DNA from: an uncultured Planctomycetota bacterium
GTDB lineage: Bacteria > Planctomycetota > Planctomycetia > Isosphaerales > Isosphaeraceae
Assembly (NCBI GenBank): GCA_963737655.1
Contig: CAVTTN010000002.1
Span: 2,336,001 to 2,400,000, forward strand
Direction: 5' to 3'
Length of the DNA stretch: 64,000 nucleotides
Shown: piece by piece, positions 20,320-31,535 of the stretch
How positions within the stretch are numbered: position 1 is the first letter of the stretch
Layout of the letters: every line of letters begins with the position of its first letter
Notes under the pieces: generated by a model
Told to the model about the DNA's origin: nothing
The model's database searches: none
The model's input: the letters and a program-made list of their open reading frames with translations, nothing else
Made by a program: the position numbers and the translations under genes

Positions 20320-21618
20320 ATGGGCGCCAGGGATCGGCGGATGGGTCAGGGAGTGCAGTCGTGGGCCGGCGTGATGGCCGCGACGGCGGCGGGCCTGATG
20401 ATGATGGGGACGGCGGCGATGGCCCAGGGCCAGGCGCCGGGTCGAGGCTCGGCGGCGACGGCCCCGGCCGGTCGGCCCACGAGGCCGGCGGCGGGCGCCG
20501 CCCCGGCGGCGGGCGCCGCCCCGGCCGCGCCGAAGGACGACGAGGCGATGGAGGGCAAGCTGATCCGCGTCCCGGTCAAGCCGGGAGACGCCGTGGCGGT
20601 GGTCAACGGCGAGCCGATCACCCGCCAGAACCTCGCCGACGAGGCCATCGCCCGCAAGGGGGAGGAGATCCTCGACGCGATGATCTCGCGGAAGGTCCTC
20701 GACCAGGCGATCCGCAAGAAGGGCCTGGCGATCACCCCCCAGGAGATCGACGCCGAGATCGAGCGGATGGCCCAGACCATCGGCGGGGGCGTGACGGTGG
20801 ATCAGTGGCTCCTGACCTTGCAGAAGGAGCGGAAGATCAGCCCCCAGCAGTATGCCAACGACATCATCTATCCCGGGATCGCGCTGCGGAAGCTGGCGGC
20901 GCCCCGGGTCCAGGTGACCGAGAAGGACATGAAGGAAGCGTATGACGCGACCTTCGGCGACAAGCTCCGCTGCCGCCTGATCATGGTCCGGGATCAGCGG
21001 GTGGCGATGGAGATCTGGCAGAAGCTCAAGGAAACCCCGGGCTCGTTCGCCCGGATCGCCCAGGACGACCCGCGGTCGCTCGACCAGGCCACCAAGCCGT
21101 ATGGCGGCCTCCTGGGCGAGCCGATCACCCGCCACGCCTTCCCCTCGAACGTCACCGACGCCGCGTTCAAGCAGCTCGTCGATGGCGACCCGGCCGACCG
21201 CGACGCCAACAACAAGCCGAAGGACGGCGACATCACCGGGCCGATCCAGGTCGAGGAGCACGCCTGGCTGATCCTCAAGCGCGAGGGCGTGATCCCGGCC
21301 GTGGCCCACGACCCGAAAGACCCGATCATGAGGGCCAAGCACAAGGAAGTCATCTTCGAGGCCAAGCTGAAGGAGGCCATGAATGACGTCTTCACCGAGC
21401 TGGCCGACGCCGCCGCCATCGAGAACAAGCTGACCGGCAAGGTCAAGATGGCCCACGAGTCCAGCGACCCCGACCACCGGGTCGATGGCAAGGTCGAGCT
21501 GATGAGCCAGCAGGCCGTCGAGAAGAATTCCAAGCGCGTGCCGGTCCCCCCGGCGTCGCCCGAGATCCAGCAGGCCATCGACGCCAAGCTCAAGGCGGGC
21601 GCCGGCGTGAAGAAGTAA
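20320..21618 (+). CDS. SurA/PrsA-like parvulin foldase
   Basis: Signal peptide, AVVNGEPITR, SFARIAQDD, GDITGPIQV; GGAGG SD. Confidence 0.85.
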   Translation: MGARDRRMGQGVQSWAGVMAATAAGLMMMGTAAMAQGQAPGRGSAATAPAGRPTRPAAGAAPAAGAAPAAPKDDEAMEGKLIRVPVKPGDAVAVVNGEPITRQNLADEAIARKGEEILDAMISRKVLDQAIRKKGLAITPQEIDAEIERMAQTIGGGVTVDQWLLTLQKERKISPQQYANDIIYPGIALRKLAAPRVQVTEKDMKEAYDATFGDKLRCRLIMVRDQRVAMEIWQKLKETPGSFARIAQDDPRSLDQATKPYGGLLGEPITRHAFPSNVTDAAFKQLVDGDPADRDANNKPKDGDITGPIQVEEHAWLILKREGVIPAVAHDPKDPIMRAKHKEVIFEAKLKEAMNDVFTELADAAAIENKLTGKVKMAHESSDPDHRVDGKVELMSQQAVEKNSKRVPVPPASPEIQQAIDAKLKAGAGVKK

Positions 21619-21978
21619 GTAAGCCAGGAGGGCGGGCGATCCCGGGTCGCATGCCCACGTCCTCGTGGGATCGACCGGGAGCGCGGTCAGGCCCGCGACG
21701 ACGAGGGCAGGCGACGCAGGACGAGTGCCGACCGCCGCGATCGCGACGCGGGCCAGCCCTCCCGGACCTCTCGGTTCGGGTGGGGCTGGCCCGTCGCCGT
21801 TCTATGGCGATCCGCGCGGTGGCCCGGGCGCGAGGTGTGATCGTCCCTGGTGGCGTCGTGCGATTGACGGCCCGACGTCGCGGTGGCAGGCTTTTGTATC
21901 GACGCGGGACCGCCCCAGGGTTGGGAAATTCCCCGGCCGACCTCCCTTTGCGCCGTCTTGCCCCGGAGAATCCCCTCC

Positions 21979-22179
21979 ATGAACTGCGCCTCCTGCGAAC
22001 GACCCCTGGATTGCGACGCCTGCGCCCGCCCGTACAACCCCGAGGGCCTCGAACAATACCTCGCCCTCTCCCGACCCGAAGTCCCCATCGTCTGCCCGGC
22101 CTGCGGCAAGATCCTCGTCTGCCGGTACTGCAAATTCCCTTACGATGGCGTGGTGGACGAGGAGGACCAGGCGGATTAG
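21979..22179 (+). CDS. Small Cys-rich protein (4x CxxC, 66 aa)
   Basis: CASC, CDAC, CPAC, CRYC and an acidic tail; GGAG upstream. Confidence 0.7.
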   Translation: MNCASCERPLDCDACARPYNPEGLEQYLALSRPEVPIVCPACGKILVCRYCKFPYDGVVDEEDQAD

Positions 22180-22342
22180 ACGCGTTTCCCCGGGCAGGGA
22201 GGCCCGGACCGACGGGGGTCCGACGCGGCGGGAATGCCGGCCTTCGGCTTTTCCGGGACCGGCCCTACCGCCCGGAACGCCTCCTTGGAGGAGGGAAGGC
22301 CTCGCCCATCGCGAGAGCGTCGGCCCTTGAGGAGCAACACCG

Positions 22343-23203
22343 ATGAGAATGCTTCGTCCCTCGCTGGTGATCGCCTCCATCCTGGCCTTGATGGGCGGTC
22401 GGGACCTGTCCGCTCGGGGTCAGGAACCCGCGAAACCCCCGGCGATCGCGGCCGAGGACCGCCGGGCCTGTGAGGCGCTGGCCTCGGCGATCCTCCAGAG
22501 GCTCGACTCGGAATGGGAGATCAAGGCGAAGGCCCGCCGGCTCAGTCGCGAGGCGTCGTGGGTCGAGGCGGACAGGGACGAAGCTCAGCACACCCTGGAA
22601 CTCGCCGAGATCGCCCTCCAGGAGTACCAAATCGGCACCCTCCCCGCTCAAAGGCAGATGATCGAGGGCGAAATCCAGTTCGCGACCGCCGAGCTGGCCC
22701 GGGCCTCCGACCGTCTGAACGAGGCGACGAAGCAGCACGCCAACGGCGCCATCCCCGACTCGGCGCTGGCCATCGAGCAACTGACCAGGCAGAAGGCCGA
22801 GGTCACCCTGACCAACGCCCGGACCAAGAGAAAGGTCCTGGAAAACTATTCGGCGATCAAAACGACCGAGACCCTGACCAACGAGATCAAGAAGGGGAAG
22901 GCCGACCTGTCGAGAATGAGGACCGAGGCCGTGGAGATCCGGTTGGACGCGAATCGGGCCGCGCGGCGGCTGTCCGGCGAGTCCTCGGCCGAGGCGGACT
23001 CCCGGGCGATCCTGGCCCTGGCCGACGCCCTCGGCCTCTTCGACGAGGGCCGGGTCGAACCCGCCCGAGCGAAGCTGGCCGAGGCCCGCACGGCCTGGAA
23101 GGAGGCCGAGGACCGCCGGGCCGACCTCCGATGGAACGACCTGAGGCGCGACCTCCGCTCGGCCGCCTCGGAGATCCGAGCCGCCGGGCCCGCCGGGAAG
23201 TGA
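22343..23203 (+). CDS. Secreted coiled-coil hypothetical protein
   Basis: Signal peptide, long helical region; GAGGAG SD. Confidence 0.7.
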   Translation: MRMLRPSLVIASILALMGGRDLSARGQEPAKPPAIAAEDRRACEALASAILQRLDSEWEIKAKARRLSREASWVEADRDEAQHTLELAEIALQEYQIGTLPAQRQMIEGEIQFATAELARASDRLNEATKQHANGAIPDSALAIEQLTRQKAEVTLTNARTKRKVLENYSAIKTTETLTNEIKKGKADLSRMRTEAVEIRLDANRAARRLSGESSAEADSRAILALADALGLFDEGRVEPARAKLAEARTAWKEAEDRRADLRWNDLRRDLRSAASEIRAAGPAGK

Positions 23204-23228
23204 GCGTTTCCCGGCCCGTAGGGATCTT

Positions 23229-23268
23229 CCGGGCGGCATGCTCACGTCTTCGTGAGCATGCCGCCCGG
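23229..23268. repeat. REP-like palindrome, family A (GGGYGGCATGCTCACGTCTTCGTGAGCATGCCRCCC)
   Basis: Near-perfect hairpin between convergent genes; other copies at 21644 (partial), 29589, 29674, 41808. Confidence 0.88.
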
Positions 23269-23276
23269 GGATCGGC

Positions 23277-24436
23277 TCAGACCCCGGGCTTGCCGAACGG
23301 TTCGGGCTGGGTCGGGCCGGGGGTCCGGGTCGGGCCGGGCCCGTGGTCTCGTTCGCGATCGCGGTCCCGGTCCCGGTCGCGATCGCGGTCCCGGACGGCG
23401 GGGCCGGGGCCGGTGGGGGGATCGAGCCGGCCGAAAATCATCCGTCCGGCGCTGGTTTGCAGGACGCTGGTGACGGTCAGGCGGACGACCTCGCCGAGGT
23501 GGTGGACGCCGTGCTCGGTGACGACCATCGTGCCGTCGTCGAGGTAGCCGACCCCCTGGCCCGGCTCCTCGCCTCGTTTGATCAGCTTAACCGTCAGCCC
23601 CTCGCCCGGCAGGACGATCGGCTTCATGGCGTTGGCCAGGTCGTTGAGGTTGATGACCTCCACGCCCTGGAGCTTGGCGATCTTGTTGAGGTTGTAGTCG
23701 TTGGTCACGACCTTGCCGCCGAGGTGCTTGGCCAGGACGACGAGCTTCTGATCGACCTCGCGGATGCCGGCGAGCTCGGGGATCTCGCCGTCGTGGACCT
23801 GGACGTCGATCCCCTCGGCCTTCTGGAGCTTGTTGAGGATGTCCAGGCCGCGCCGGCCCCGGTTGCGGCGGAGCTTGTCCGAGCTGTCGGCGATCCCCTG
23901 GAGCTCCTGGAGGACGAACCGGGGGACGACCAGCGGCTGGTCGAGGATCCGGGCCTCGGCCACGTCGGCGATCCGGCCGTCGATGATCACCGAGGTGTCC
24001 AGGACGAGCGGCCGGGCCCCCGGACTTCCTTGGAGAATTCGAGGTAGGGGATGATGAACCGGAAGTCGTCCTTGGTCTGGATCAGGGTGCTCACGCAGAT
24101 GTAGCAGATGATCGCCGTGAGGACGCCCGAGACGACCGCAGGCAGGTCGGGCGGAATGGCCGACCGCGAGTAGAACATCGAGAGCGTGGGCTCGATGGCG
24201 ATCTGGAAATAGTTGCTGAGGATCAGGCCGACGATCAGGCCGATATAAACGGCGGAGATCGTCTGGACCCGCTTGCGAGGGGTCAGGACGTCCACGGTCA
24301 GGACGAGGACCGCCAGGACGATGACCCCGGGAAAGAGCAGGCTCCAGGAGACGGTCCCGCCGAAGACGCGGGCCAGGCGGACCGCCAGGCCGGCGCAGAC
24401 CAGGACGAAGACGGCACGGATCAGGTTCAGGAGCAT
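23277..24436 (-). CDS. PIN/TRAM domain membrane protein (YacL-like), frameshift near 24017
   Basis: N-terminal TM helices; [40 protein letters not shown]. Confidence 0.9.
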
Positions 24437-24489
24437 CGGATCGGTCCCCAGGCCCGGGTCGTCGTCGGAGGCATCCCCAGGCCAGTCGG

Positions 24490-24999
24490 TCAAGCCGGGA
24501 GGGTCGCGGCCATCTCGGCGACGAAGCGGTCATAAAAGGCTTCGAGGCTCTCGACGATCACCTTCGTCCCGCCCAGGACCGGCATGAAGTTGGTATCGCC
24601 GTCCCATCGGGGGACGACGTGCCAGTGGAGGTGCCCCGGCAGGCCCGCCCCGGCCGACTTCCCCTGATTCAGCCCGATGTTGTACCCCTGAGGGCGGAGC
24701 ATCCGCTCCAGGACCGCCACGACGAGCCGGACCGTCTCGATCGGTTCGGTCAACGCCGCCCCCGAGAGTTCGCCCAGGGTCCCCCGATGTTGCAGGGGGC
24801 AGACCAGGAGGTGGCCATTATTGTACGGGTATTTGTTCAAGAAAACCGCCGAATTCCGGCCGCGCCAGGCCAGGAGGTTGGCCCGGTCGTCCCCCTCGGC
24901 CAGGCCGTGGCAGAGGAAGCACGCCGGCCCGGTCGTCGCCGGGGCGGACGACGAGTCCTGGATGTATTGCGAGCGCCAGGGGGCCCAGATCCGATCCAT
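24490..24999 (-). CDS. HIT family protein (Ap4A phosphorylase/hydrolase-like)
   Basis: [24 protein letters not shown]. Confidence 0.92.
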   Translation of the reverse strand: MDRIWAPWRSQYIQDSSSAPATTGPACFLCHGLAEGDDRANLLAWRGRNSAVFLNKYPYNNGHLLVCPLQHRGTLGELSGAALTEPIETVRLVVAVLERMLRPQGYNIGLNQGKSAGAGLPGHLHWHVVPRWDGDTNFMPVLGGTKVIVESLEAFYDRFVAEMAATLPA

Positions 25000-25297
25000 G
25001 ACGACGGAAACCTCGGCCGAATCGGCTCGGGAGAAGGGAATCCGGCGACGGGCGCAATCCCGCTCGCCCGGATCGTCCTTCGATCATAACCGCTCGGGAC
25101 CGCCCCGAGCAAACGCCGGGTCTGGAATTCCTCGCGACGGGACGGGCCGAGGCGCCGATCCCTCCGAATTCGAACCCCCGCCGGGACCGGGGGATCGACC
25201 GTGGCCGGCGCCTTTTACTCCGTTGCGGGGCGCGGCCCGGCTGTGTATCGTCAGGGGGGTTCGCGACGGTCTCGCGGACGATTCCCAGGGATTCACC

Positions 25298-25963
25298 ATG
25301 CCGACCTCCGATCCTTACAACCTCACGCCCCTGGTCACGATCCTGGTGAGGCTCCGACCGGGCCGGCTCCTCGACGTCGGCTGCGGCTTCGGCAAGTACG
25401 GCATGCTCTACCGCGAATATACCGACATCTGGGACCAACGGATCCCTCGGGACTCCTGGACCAGCCACATCGAGGGGATCGAGGCGTTCGAGGCGTACCG
25501 CAATCCGATCCACGATTACGCCTACAACGCCGTCCATTACAAGCCGGCTCAGGAGGTCCTGCCGACCCTCGGCCAGTTCGATGCGGTCCTGATCGCCGAC
25601 GTGATCGAACACCTGGAGCTGGCCGAGGCGAAGTCGCTGGTCGCCGAGTGCTTCGCCCGCTCGCCGATCGTGGTGATCTCCACGCCTCGCGAGTTCTACC
25701 CCCAGGAGGCGCTCTGCGACAACGAGTTCGAGAGGCATCGCTGCACGTTCACCGCCCGGGACTTCCCCGAGGGCATCCACGTGGTCACGATCCGGGTGAT
25801 GTCCTGCGACATCTTCGTCGCGAGCCGGGAGCCGTTGCCCCGGCGGATGTTCAGCCCGATCGAGCCGGCCGATTTCGTCTATCTCTATTCCCGGAAGAAG
25901 CTGGGCAACGCCGGCCTGCCGATCTCCCTGGCGCTGAAGTCGGTCAATCGGTTCCTCGGCTGA
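25298..25963 (+). CDS. Class I SAM-dependent methyltransferase
   Basis: LLDVGCGFGKYG, DVIEHL. Confidence 0.85.
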   Translation: MPTSDPYNLTPLVTILVRLRPGRLLDVGCGFGKYGMLYREYTDIWDQRIPRDSWTSHIEGIEAFEAYRNPIHDYAYNAVHYKPAQEVLPTLGQFDAVLIADVIEHLELAEAKSLVAECFARSPIVVISTPREFYPQEALCDNEFERHRCTFTARDFPEGIHVVTIRVMSCDIFVASREPLPRRMFSPIEPADFVYLYSRKKLGNAGLPISLALKSVNRFLG

Positions 25964-25983
25964 CCGGGCCGGGCCCGGCTCGG

Positions 25984-26745
25984 TCAGAGCCAGTTCCTCC
26001 GCCAGATCGGGTAGGAACGGGCCCAGGCCCGGCCGATCAGGGCGTCTCTCGGGAGCAAGGCCAGCCCGGAGGAGTTCGTCGGCCCGGGCGTGCCGCCGGC
26101 CGGGGCGATCAGGACGCGGCCCTCCGGGACGGTCAGGCTCAGCTCGACCGGAGGCCCGTCGGGGGTGATCGGCGACCAGCCCAGGGCCCGGCCGTCCACC
26201 CGGACCTCGTCGTCGGTCCATTCGACCGACCCGCCCGCCCCGGCCACCAGCCGGCCCAGGCCGAACCCGCCGCCGGGCAGGCGATACCAGACCCAATCTC
26301 CGGGCGATGGGGCGGTGGCCCGATAGGCCCAGCGGTTGATCAGATACCCCTCGTGGGGGAGGCCGTCGCGGCGGTCCGGCCAGGCCAGCCCCGAGGCCAG
26401 GGCCAGGGCCGGGACGTAACAGCCCAGGCCCAGCCCGCACGAGGCCGAGACCGTGGGGACCCAGCGGCCGAACCCCGGGAAGGCCGCCTGGCGGATCGTG
26501 TCGGCCGCCGAGGCCACGTGGGCGACGAAGGCCAGGGCCAGCATCGCCAGACCCGCCCGGCTCCCCCAGGCGAACAGGCCCACGGTCAGCGACCCGGCGA
26601 ACGTGCCGAAGAAGACCGCCGCCCGCTCCGGCTGTCGCCAACCCCACTGCGGATAGCCCGGGACCAGCACCCGAAGGCCCGCCGGCCGGCGCCCCGGCCC
26701 CCTCGCCTCGCTCGCGACCGGAACCCGCCGAGGTGATGAGGCCAT
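25984..26745 (-). CDS. Membrane protein with S26 signal peptidase-like C-terminal domain
   Basis: TM helices, PGDWVWY, VPEG, LIGRAW; catalytic Ser/Lys not evident. Confidence 0.6.
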   Translation of the reverse strand: MASSPRRVPVASEARGPGRRPAGLRVLVPGYPQWGWRQPERAAVFFGTFAGSLTVGLFAWGSRAGLAMLALAFVAHVASAADTIRQAAFPGFGRWVPTVSASCGLGLGCYVPALALASGLAWPDRRDGLPHEGYLINRWAYRATAPSPGDWVWYRLPGGGFGLGRLVAGAGGSVEWTDDEVRVDGRALGWSPITPDGPPVELSLTVPEGRVLIAPAGGTPGPTNSSGLALLPRDALIGRAWARSYPIWRRNWL

Positions 26746-27206
26746 CGATCCCCACTCCGCTGTTCGGGGGTCATTCGGGCCGGCCCGTCTCGCCCGAAGA
26801 AAGGAAGGGCCCAGGGCCCCGGGGCGGACTTCGCCGGTGTCTGTGACAGTTGTCCTAGAGAGTACCGGGCCGGGCGAAGCCTGTCAACGACGTGTCTCGA
26901 TTCGTCAAGATTTTCGTTTTTTTCGAGGAGGCCGCGGTGATCCGGCCGGTCGGCCGAGGCGGAGGGTCGCGGGGCCTGGGTCGGCGACGTGCGACCCCTT
27001 GGACGCCCGACGCCCGAGGCGCGTTCCGGGACGAGCGGGCCGACCGGGGAGATTCGCGTCGTCCCGGGGGATATTTTGGGGAATCCGGACGATTCGAGCC
27101 GAACCGGGCGCTTGACGATCTCGTAAGATAGGTTCGAGGGGAGCCGGCGGGGCCGGTGGGGCCCGTGGTGTCGGCGGCGGGCGGCGAGGGCCGTCTCGGC
27201 TTGACC

Positions 27207-27234
27207 TTGACCGAAGCGACGGTGCGGGTAGAAT
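27207..27234 (+). promoter_or_regulatory. Sigma70-like promoter for fusA
   Basis: TTGACC-N16-TAGAAT about 240 nt upstream of fusA. Confidence 0.6.
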
Positions 27235-27476
27235 GGTCCGCCTATAGCCTCGCCCGGGCCCTCCCGATGTCCTTCATCAAACCCGCACACCGCCCTCGCC
27301 CGAGGAGCCGGTGGGCCCGCTCCCCCGAAGCCTAGCCCGAACGGACCGCGCCAGCCCGCCTCGTCTCATGGTGGGTTCGGGATAGTCACCCAAGACCTCG
27401 ATCGACGGCGCGATCGGTCGATCCTCCGGGCCGGGAACCGACTGCGTTCCCTCCCCAACCGCAAGCTCCCCATCCT

Positions 27477-29567
27477 ATGGAAAACCTTCGCAACGTCCGC
27501 AACATCGGGATCTCGGCCCACATCGACTCGGGCAAGACGACGCTGACCGAGCGCGTCCTGTTCTATTCGGGCAAGAGCCATGTGATCAAGGAAGTCAAGG
27601 GCGAAGGCGCCAAGATGGACCACATGGAGCTGGAGAAGGAGCGGGGGATCACGATCACGTCCGCCGCCACCACCGTCCAGTGGCTCGACAAGAAAATCAA
27701 CATCATCGACACGCCCGGACACGTCGATTTCACCGTCGAGGTCGAGCGCTCCCTGCGCGTCCTGGACGGCGCCGTGCTGGTCCTCTGCGCCGTGGCCGGC
27801 GTCCAGTCGCAGTCGATCACCGTGGACCGCCAGATGAAGCGGTATCAGGTGCCCCGGCTCGCGTTCATCAACAAGATGGACCGCACCGGCGCCAACCCGG
27901 ACAACGTGATCGCCCAGCTCAAGAGCAAGCTCGGCCTGGCCGCCGTGCCGATCAACATGCCCATCGGCGGCGAGATCAACTTCGGCGGCGTGATCGACCT
28001 GATCACCCGCGAGGCCGTCTACTTCGACGGCGAGAAGGGCGAGGACGTCCGCCGGGGGCCGATCCCCGCCGAGCTCGTGGACAAGGCCGAGAAGGCCCGC
28101 CACGACATGCTCGAGGCCCTCTCGATGGTCTCCGACGAGATCATGGGCCTGCTCCTGGAGGAGCAGGACGTCCCCGAGGAGCTGATCCACTCGACGATCC
28201 GCGAGGGCACCATCGCCCAGACCGTCTGCCCGGTCCTGGTCGGCTCGGCGTACAAGAACAAGGGCGTCCAGTGCCTTTTGGACGCCGTGAACCGCTACCT
28301 GCCCAGCCCCCTGGACCGCGCCATCTTCGCCAAGGACAACGACAACGGGATGGCCGAGGTCCCCCTCGCCGCCGACCCCGACGGCCCGATGGTGGCGATG
28401 GCCTTCAAGCTGGTCGAGGAGCAGTTCGGCCAGGTCACCTACATGCGGATCTACCAGGGCACGCTCAAGAAGGGCACCTTCTACTTCAACAGCCGGAAGA
28501 AGCGGAAGGAGCGGATCAGCCGGATCCTCCGCGTCCACGCCGACGAGAAGGAAGACATCGACTCGGCCGGCGCCGGCGACATCGTGGCCGTGATGGGCGT
28601 CGAGTGCGCCACCGGCGACACCTACTGCGACGAGGGCACCAATTACTCGCTCGAATCGATCTACGCCGCCGAGCCCGTGATCGACCTGGCCATCAGCCCG
28701 AACAAGAGGGCCGACCAGGACAAGATGTCCAAGGCCCTGAACCGCTTCATGCGTGAGGACCCCACCTTCCGCGTCCACGTGGACAAGGAGACGAGCGAGA
28801 CGATCATCTCCGGGATGGGCGAGCTCCACCTGGAGATCTACGTCGAGCGGATCCGCCGCGAGTACAAGGTCGAGTGCACCGTCGGGATGCCCAAGGTCTC
28901 GTACCGAGAGGCCCCCACCAAGGTCACCCCGTTCAACTACAAGCACAAGAAGCAGACCGGCGGCTCCGGCCAGTACGCCCACATCGTCGGCCAGATGGAG
29001 CCCCTGGCCGAGGACTCGCCCGAGCCGTTCGTCTTCGAGGACGAGGTCACCGGAGGCCGCATCCCCCGGGAGTACATCCCCTCGGTCGAGAAGGGCTTCC
29101 GCGACTCCCTCCACAAGGGCCCCGTGGCCGGTTACGAGGTGCTCGGCGTCAAGATGGTCCTCCAGGACGGCTCGTATCACGACGTCGATTCGTCGGACAT
29201 GGCCTTCCAGATCTGCGCCCGCGACTGCTTCCGCGAGACGTTCCGCCGGGCCGACCCCGTCCTCCTTGAGCCGATCATGAAGGTCGAGATCGAGACCCCG
29301 ACGGAGTTCCAGGGGCCGGTCACCGGCACCGTCTCCAAGAAGCGAGGCGTGGTCCTCGGCACCGAGGATCGCGGCGGATTCGCCGTGATCGACGCCGAGA
29401 TCCCCCTCTCCGAGATGTTCGGCTACTCGAATGATCTCCGCAGCATGACCCAGGGCAAGGGGTCGTTCTCGATGGAGTTCCTGAAGTACCAGAAGCTGCC
29501 GACGGCCCTCCAGGAAGAGGTCGTCAAGAAGTCCCAGGCCGACGCGAAGCAGACCGTCAAGGCCTGA
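27477..29567 (+). CDS. fusA: Elongation factor G
   Basis: [37 protein letters not shown]. Confidence 0.98.
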   Translation: MENLRNVRNIGISAHIDSGKTTLTERVLFYSGKSHVIKEVKGEGAKMDHMELEKERGITITSAATTVQWLDKKINIIDTPGHVDFTVEVERSLRVLDGAVLVLCAVAGVQSQSITVDRQMKRYQVPRLAFINKMDRTGANPDNVIAQLKSKLGLAAVPINMPIGGEINFGGVIDLITREAVYFDGEKGEDVRRGPIPAELVDKAEKARHDMLEALSMVSDEIMGLLLEEQDVPEELIHSTIREGTIAQTVCPVLVGSAYKNKGVQCLLDAVNRYLPSPLDRAIFAKDNDNGMAEVPLAADPDGPMVAMAFKLVEEQFGQVTYMRIYQGTLKKGTFYFNSRKKRKERISRILRVHADEKEDIDSAGAGDIVAVMGVECATGDTYCDEGTNYSLESIYAAEPVIDLAISPNKRADQDKMSKALNRFMREDPTFRVHVDKETSETIISGMGELHLEIYVERIRREYKVECTVGMPKVSYREAPTKVTPFNYKHKKQTGGSGQYAHIVGQMEPLAEDSPEPFVFEDEVTGGRIPREYIPSVEKGFRDSLHKGPVAGYEVLGVKMVLQDGSYHDVDSSDMAFQICARDCFRETFRRADPVLLEPIMKVEIETPTEFQGPVTGTVSKKRGVVLGTEDRGGFAVIDAEIPLSEMFGYSNDLRSMTQGKGSFSMEFLKYQKLPTALQEEVVKKSQADAKQTVKA

Positions 29568-29577
29568 GAATCGCCAG

Positions 29578-29739
29578 GGACTTCCCATCCGGGTGGCATG
29601 CTCACGCCTTCGTGAGCATGCCACCCGGGAATCCATTCTTCATCGGCCAAGTCCGACCCGACGGACTTCCCATCCGGGTGGCATGCTCACGTCTTCGTGA
29701 GCATGTCTTCCGATCGGCCGTGTCCGAAGCATGCCACCC
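29578..29739. repeat. Family A REP-like cluster downstream of fusA
   Basis: GGACTTCCCATCCGGGTGGCATGCTCACG repeated at 29578 and 29663, closed by CATGCCACCC. Confidence 0.85.
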
Positions 29740-29751
29740 CGAATTCGTGGC

Positions 29752-30636
29752 TCATCGGCCCAGGCGGACCCGATGGATCGCGGCCAGGACGCTCCGGGTG
29801 CGGTCGTCGGGGCCGCTCGTGGTCTTGCTCAGGGCGTCGATCGCCTGGGTGATCGCGTCCTTCTCGCGATCCTCCTTCGAGGCGGTCCGGGCGGCCTCCA
29901 GGTCGGGGATCGCCGCTTTCGCCGGCGTCCCGAGCCGGCCGAGGGCCGAGATCGCGCAGAGGCGAACGTAGAGCTCGCCATCCTTCAGGGCCGCCCGCAG
30001 GGCAGGGACGACCTCTCCGGCGATGGCGTCGAGCTCGCCGAGCGCCACCGCGGATTGCGCCCGGGCCGTGACCGTCGCGGTCCGGGGCTCGCCGAGGGTT
30101 TTCAATCCCGCCTCGAACCTCTGGCGGAGGTCGGACAGCTCGACGAGGTGCAGGCCCTTCGGGATCACCAGCTTGGCCGGGGCGTCCGCGTCGGCGACGA
30201 ACACCGTCAACGTCGGTCGGGCGTCGAAGACCGGGGTGCCTTCGGGCGTCTTCGCCGAGGCGAGCATTCGGAATCCGATCCCTCCGGGGACGTGGAGGGC
30301 CACGTCGTGGGGGACGGCCTTCCCCTCGAACGACTCGGTCCGGCCCGGACCCGGGCGGACCACGAGCTCACCCGCCGGTTCGGCCGTCGCGAAGGCGGCG
30401 ATCGCCGCATTCTGCGAGGCGACGTCACCCCGGAAGAACAGGTGAACATCGCCGTTGACTTCCCGCCAGTAGACCCGAGAATTCCGCTCGGCCAGCGGCT
30501 GGAGCGCCTCCGGGACCATCGCCCGGGACGGCAAAGGGTCGTTGCCGAACCCCTCCGAGCCGCTCCCCAGCGCCACCGTACCCAGGGACGCGACCGCCAG
30601 GATCGCGCCTCCGACCACTCGCATCATCGCCTGCAT
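29752..30636 (-). CDS. Secreted protein with C-terminal HEAT repeats
   Basis: Signal peptide; VVPALRAALKD...VRLCAISALG. Confidence 0.7.
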   Translation of the reverse strand: MQAMMRVVGGAILAVASLGTVALGSGSEGFGNDPLPSRAMVPEALQPLAERNSRVYWREVNGDVHLFFRGDVASQNAAIAAFATAEPAGELVVRPGPGRTESFEGKAVPHDVALHVPGGIGFRMLASAKTPEGTPVFDARPTLTVFVADADAPAKLVIPKGLHLVELSDLRQRFEAGLKTLGEPRTATVTARAQSAVALGELDAIAGEVVPALRAALKDGELYVRLCAISALGRLGTPAKAAIPDLEAARTASKEDREKDAITQAIDALSKTTSGPDDRTRSVLAAIHRVRLGR

Positions 30637-30890
30637 GACGGACCCTCCTCGACCATCCGGAAAACGTTCCCGGCCGATTCGTCCACGATCGAGCCGTCGT
30701 TTTGTCCCAGGAAAACCCCCGGAGCCAGTCCCCGTTCCCGAGGCGTGACGAGGAGGAAACGGCCCTGTCTTCCCGGACGAGTTGAGGTTGCGGCGATCGT
30801 GGATCTCGGTACGATGATTGCTGCAAGGAACGTTCGTCAAGACCCGGCGAGCGGATCGGATCGCAGAGGAGCGAATCGGAGGCAGGAGCC

Positions 30891-31523
30891 ATGAGACGAC
30901 GACCCTTCCGGGGCGAGGCCGAAATCCTGGACGCCCGGACCCTGCTCACGGCGGGCCTGGTGGCGACGCTCTCGACCGATCAGGCGGTGTATTCGCCCGG
31001 CCAGTCCGTGCAGATCACCCTGACCGAGACGAACACGACCGACCAGCCCGTGTCGATCACCCAGGGGCCGAGCCTCAACGGCTTCACCGTCTCCCAGGCG
31101 GGCAGCGAGGTCTGGCGATCGAACGCCGGGCCCCAGCCCATGATCGCGATGCTCCAGACGATCGCCCCCCACCAATCGATCACCCAGACCGCCACCTGGG
31201 ACGGCTCGTTCGACGAGGCCAAGCCCGCGAACCCGTCCGGCCCGTTCGTCGTCGCGGCCGAGTCGAGCGACGCCGCGCCGGTCACGATCCACTTCCGCGA
31301 CAATTCCGGGTCCGGGACCGGCACCACCTCGCCGACGGCCCCGACCGCCACCACGACCCCGACTGCGACGACCACCGGGACCGCCTCCGGCGGAACCACC
31401 GTCGCGCACCCCTCGGCGTCGAAGACGGTCAAAGCGACGACGATCGCTCATGCGAAGGTCCACGTGAAGGCGAAGGTCCACCACCCCAAGCCTCACCCGA
31501 TCGCCAGTCACGTCAAGAAGTAA
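30891..31523 (+). CDS. Planctomycete extracellular protein with Ig-like (BsuPI-like) domain and Thr-rich tail
   Basis: EILDARTLL N-terminal motif; TDQAVYSPGQSV...TWDG. Confidence 0.65.
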   Translation: MRRRPFRGEAEILDARTLLTAGLVATLSTDQAVYSPGQSVQITLTETNTTDQPVSITQGPSLNGFTVSQAGSEVWRSNAGPQPMIAMLQTIAPHQSITQTATWDGSFDEAKPANPSGPFVVAAESSDAAPVTIHFRDNSGSGTGTTSPTAPTATTTPTATTTGTASGGTTVAHPSASKTVKATTIAHAKVHVKAKVHHPKPHPIASHVKK

Positions 31524-31535
31524 CGCCGATCGCGC

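Noticed and set aside
23340..23395. RDRDRD hexamer repeats
   Set aside because: Low-complexity C-terminal tail of the PIN/TRAM protein, not an independent element.
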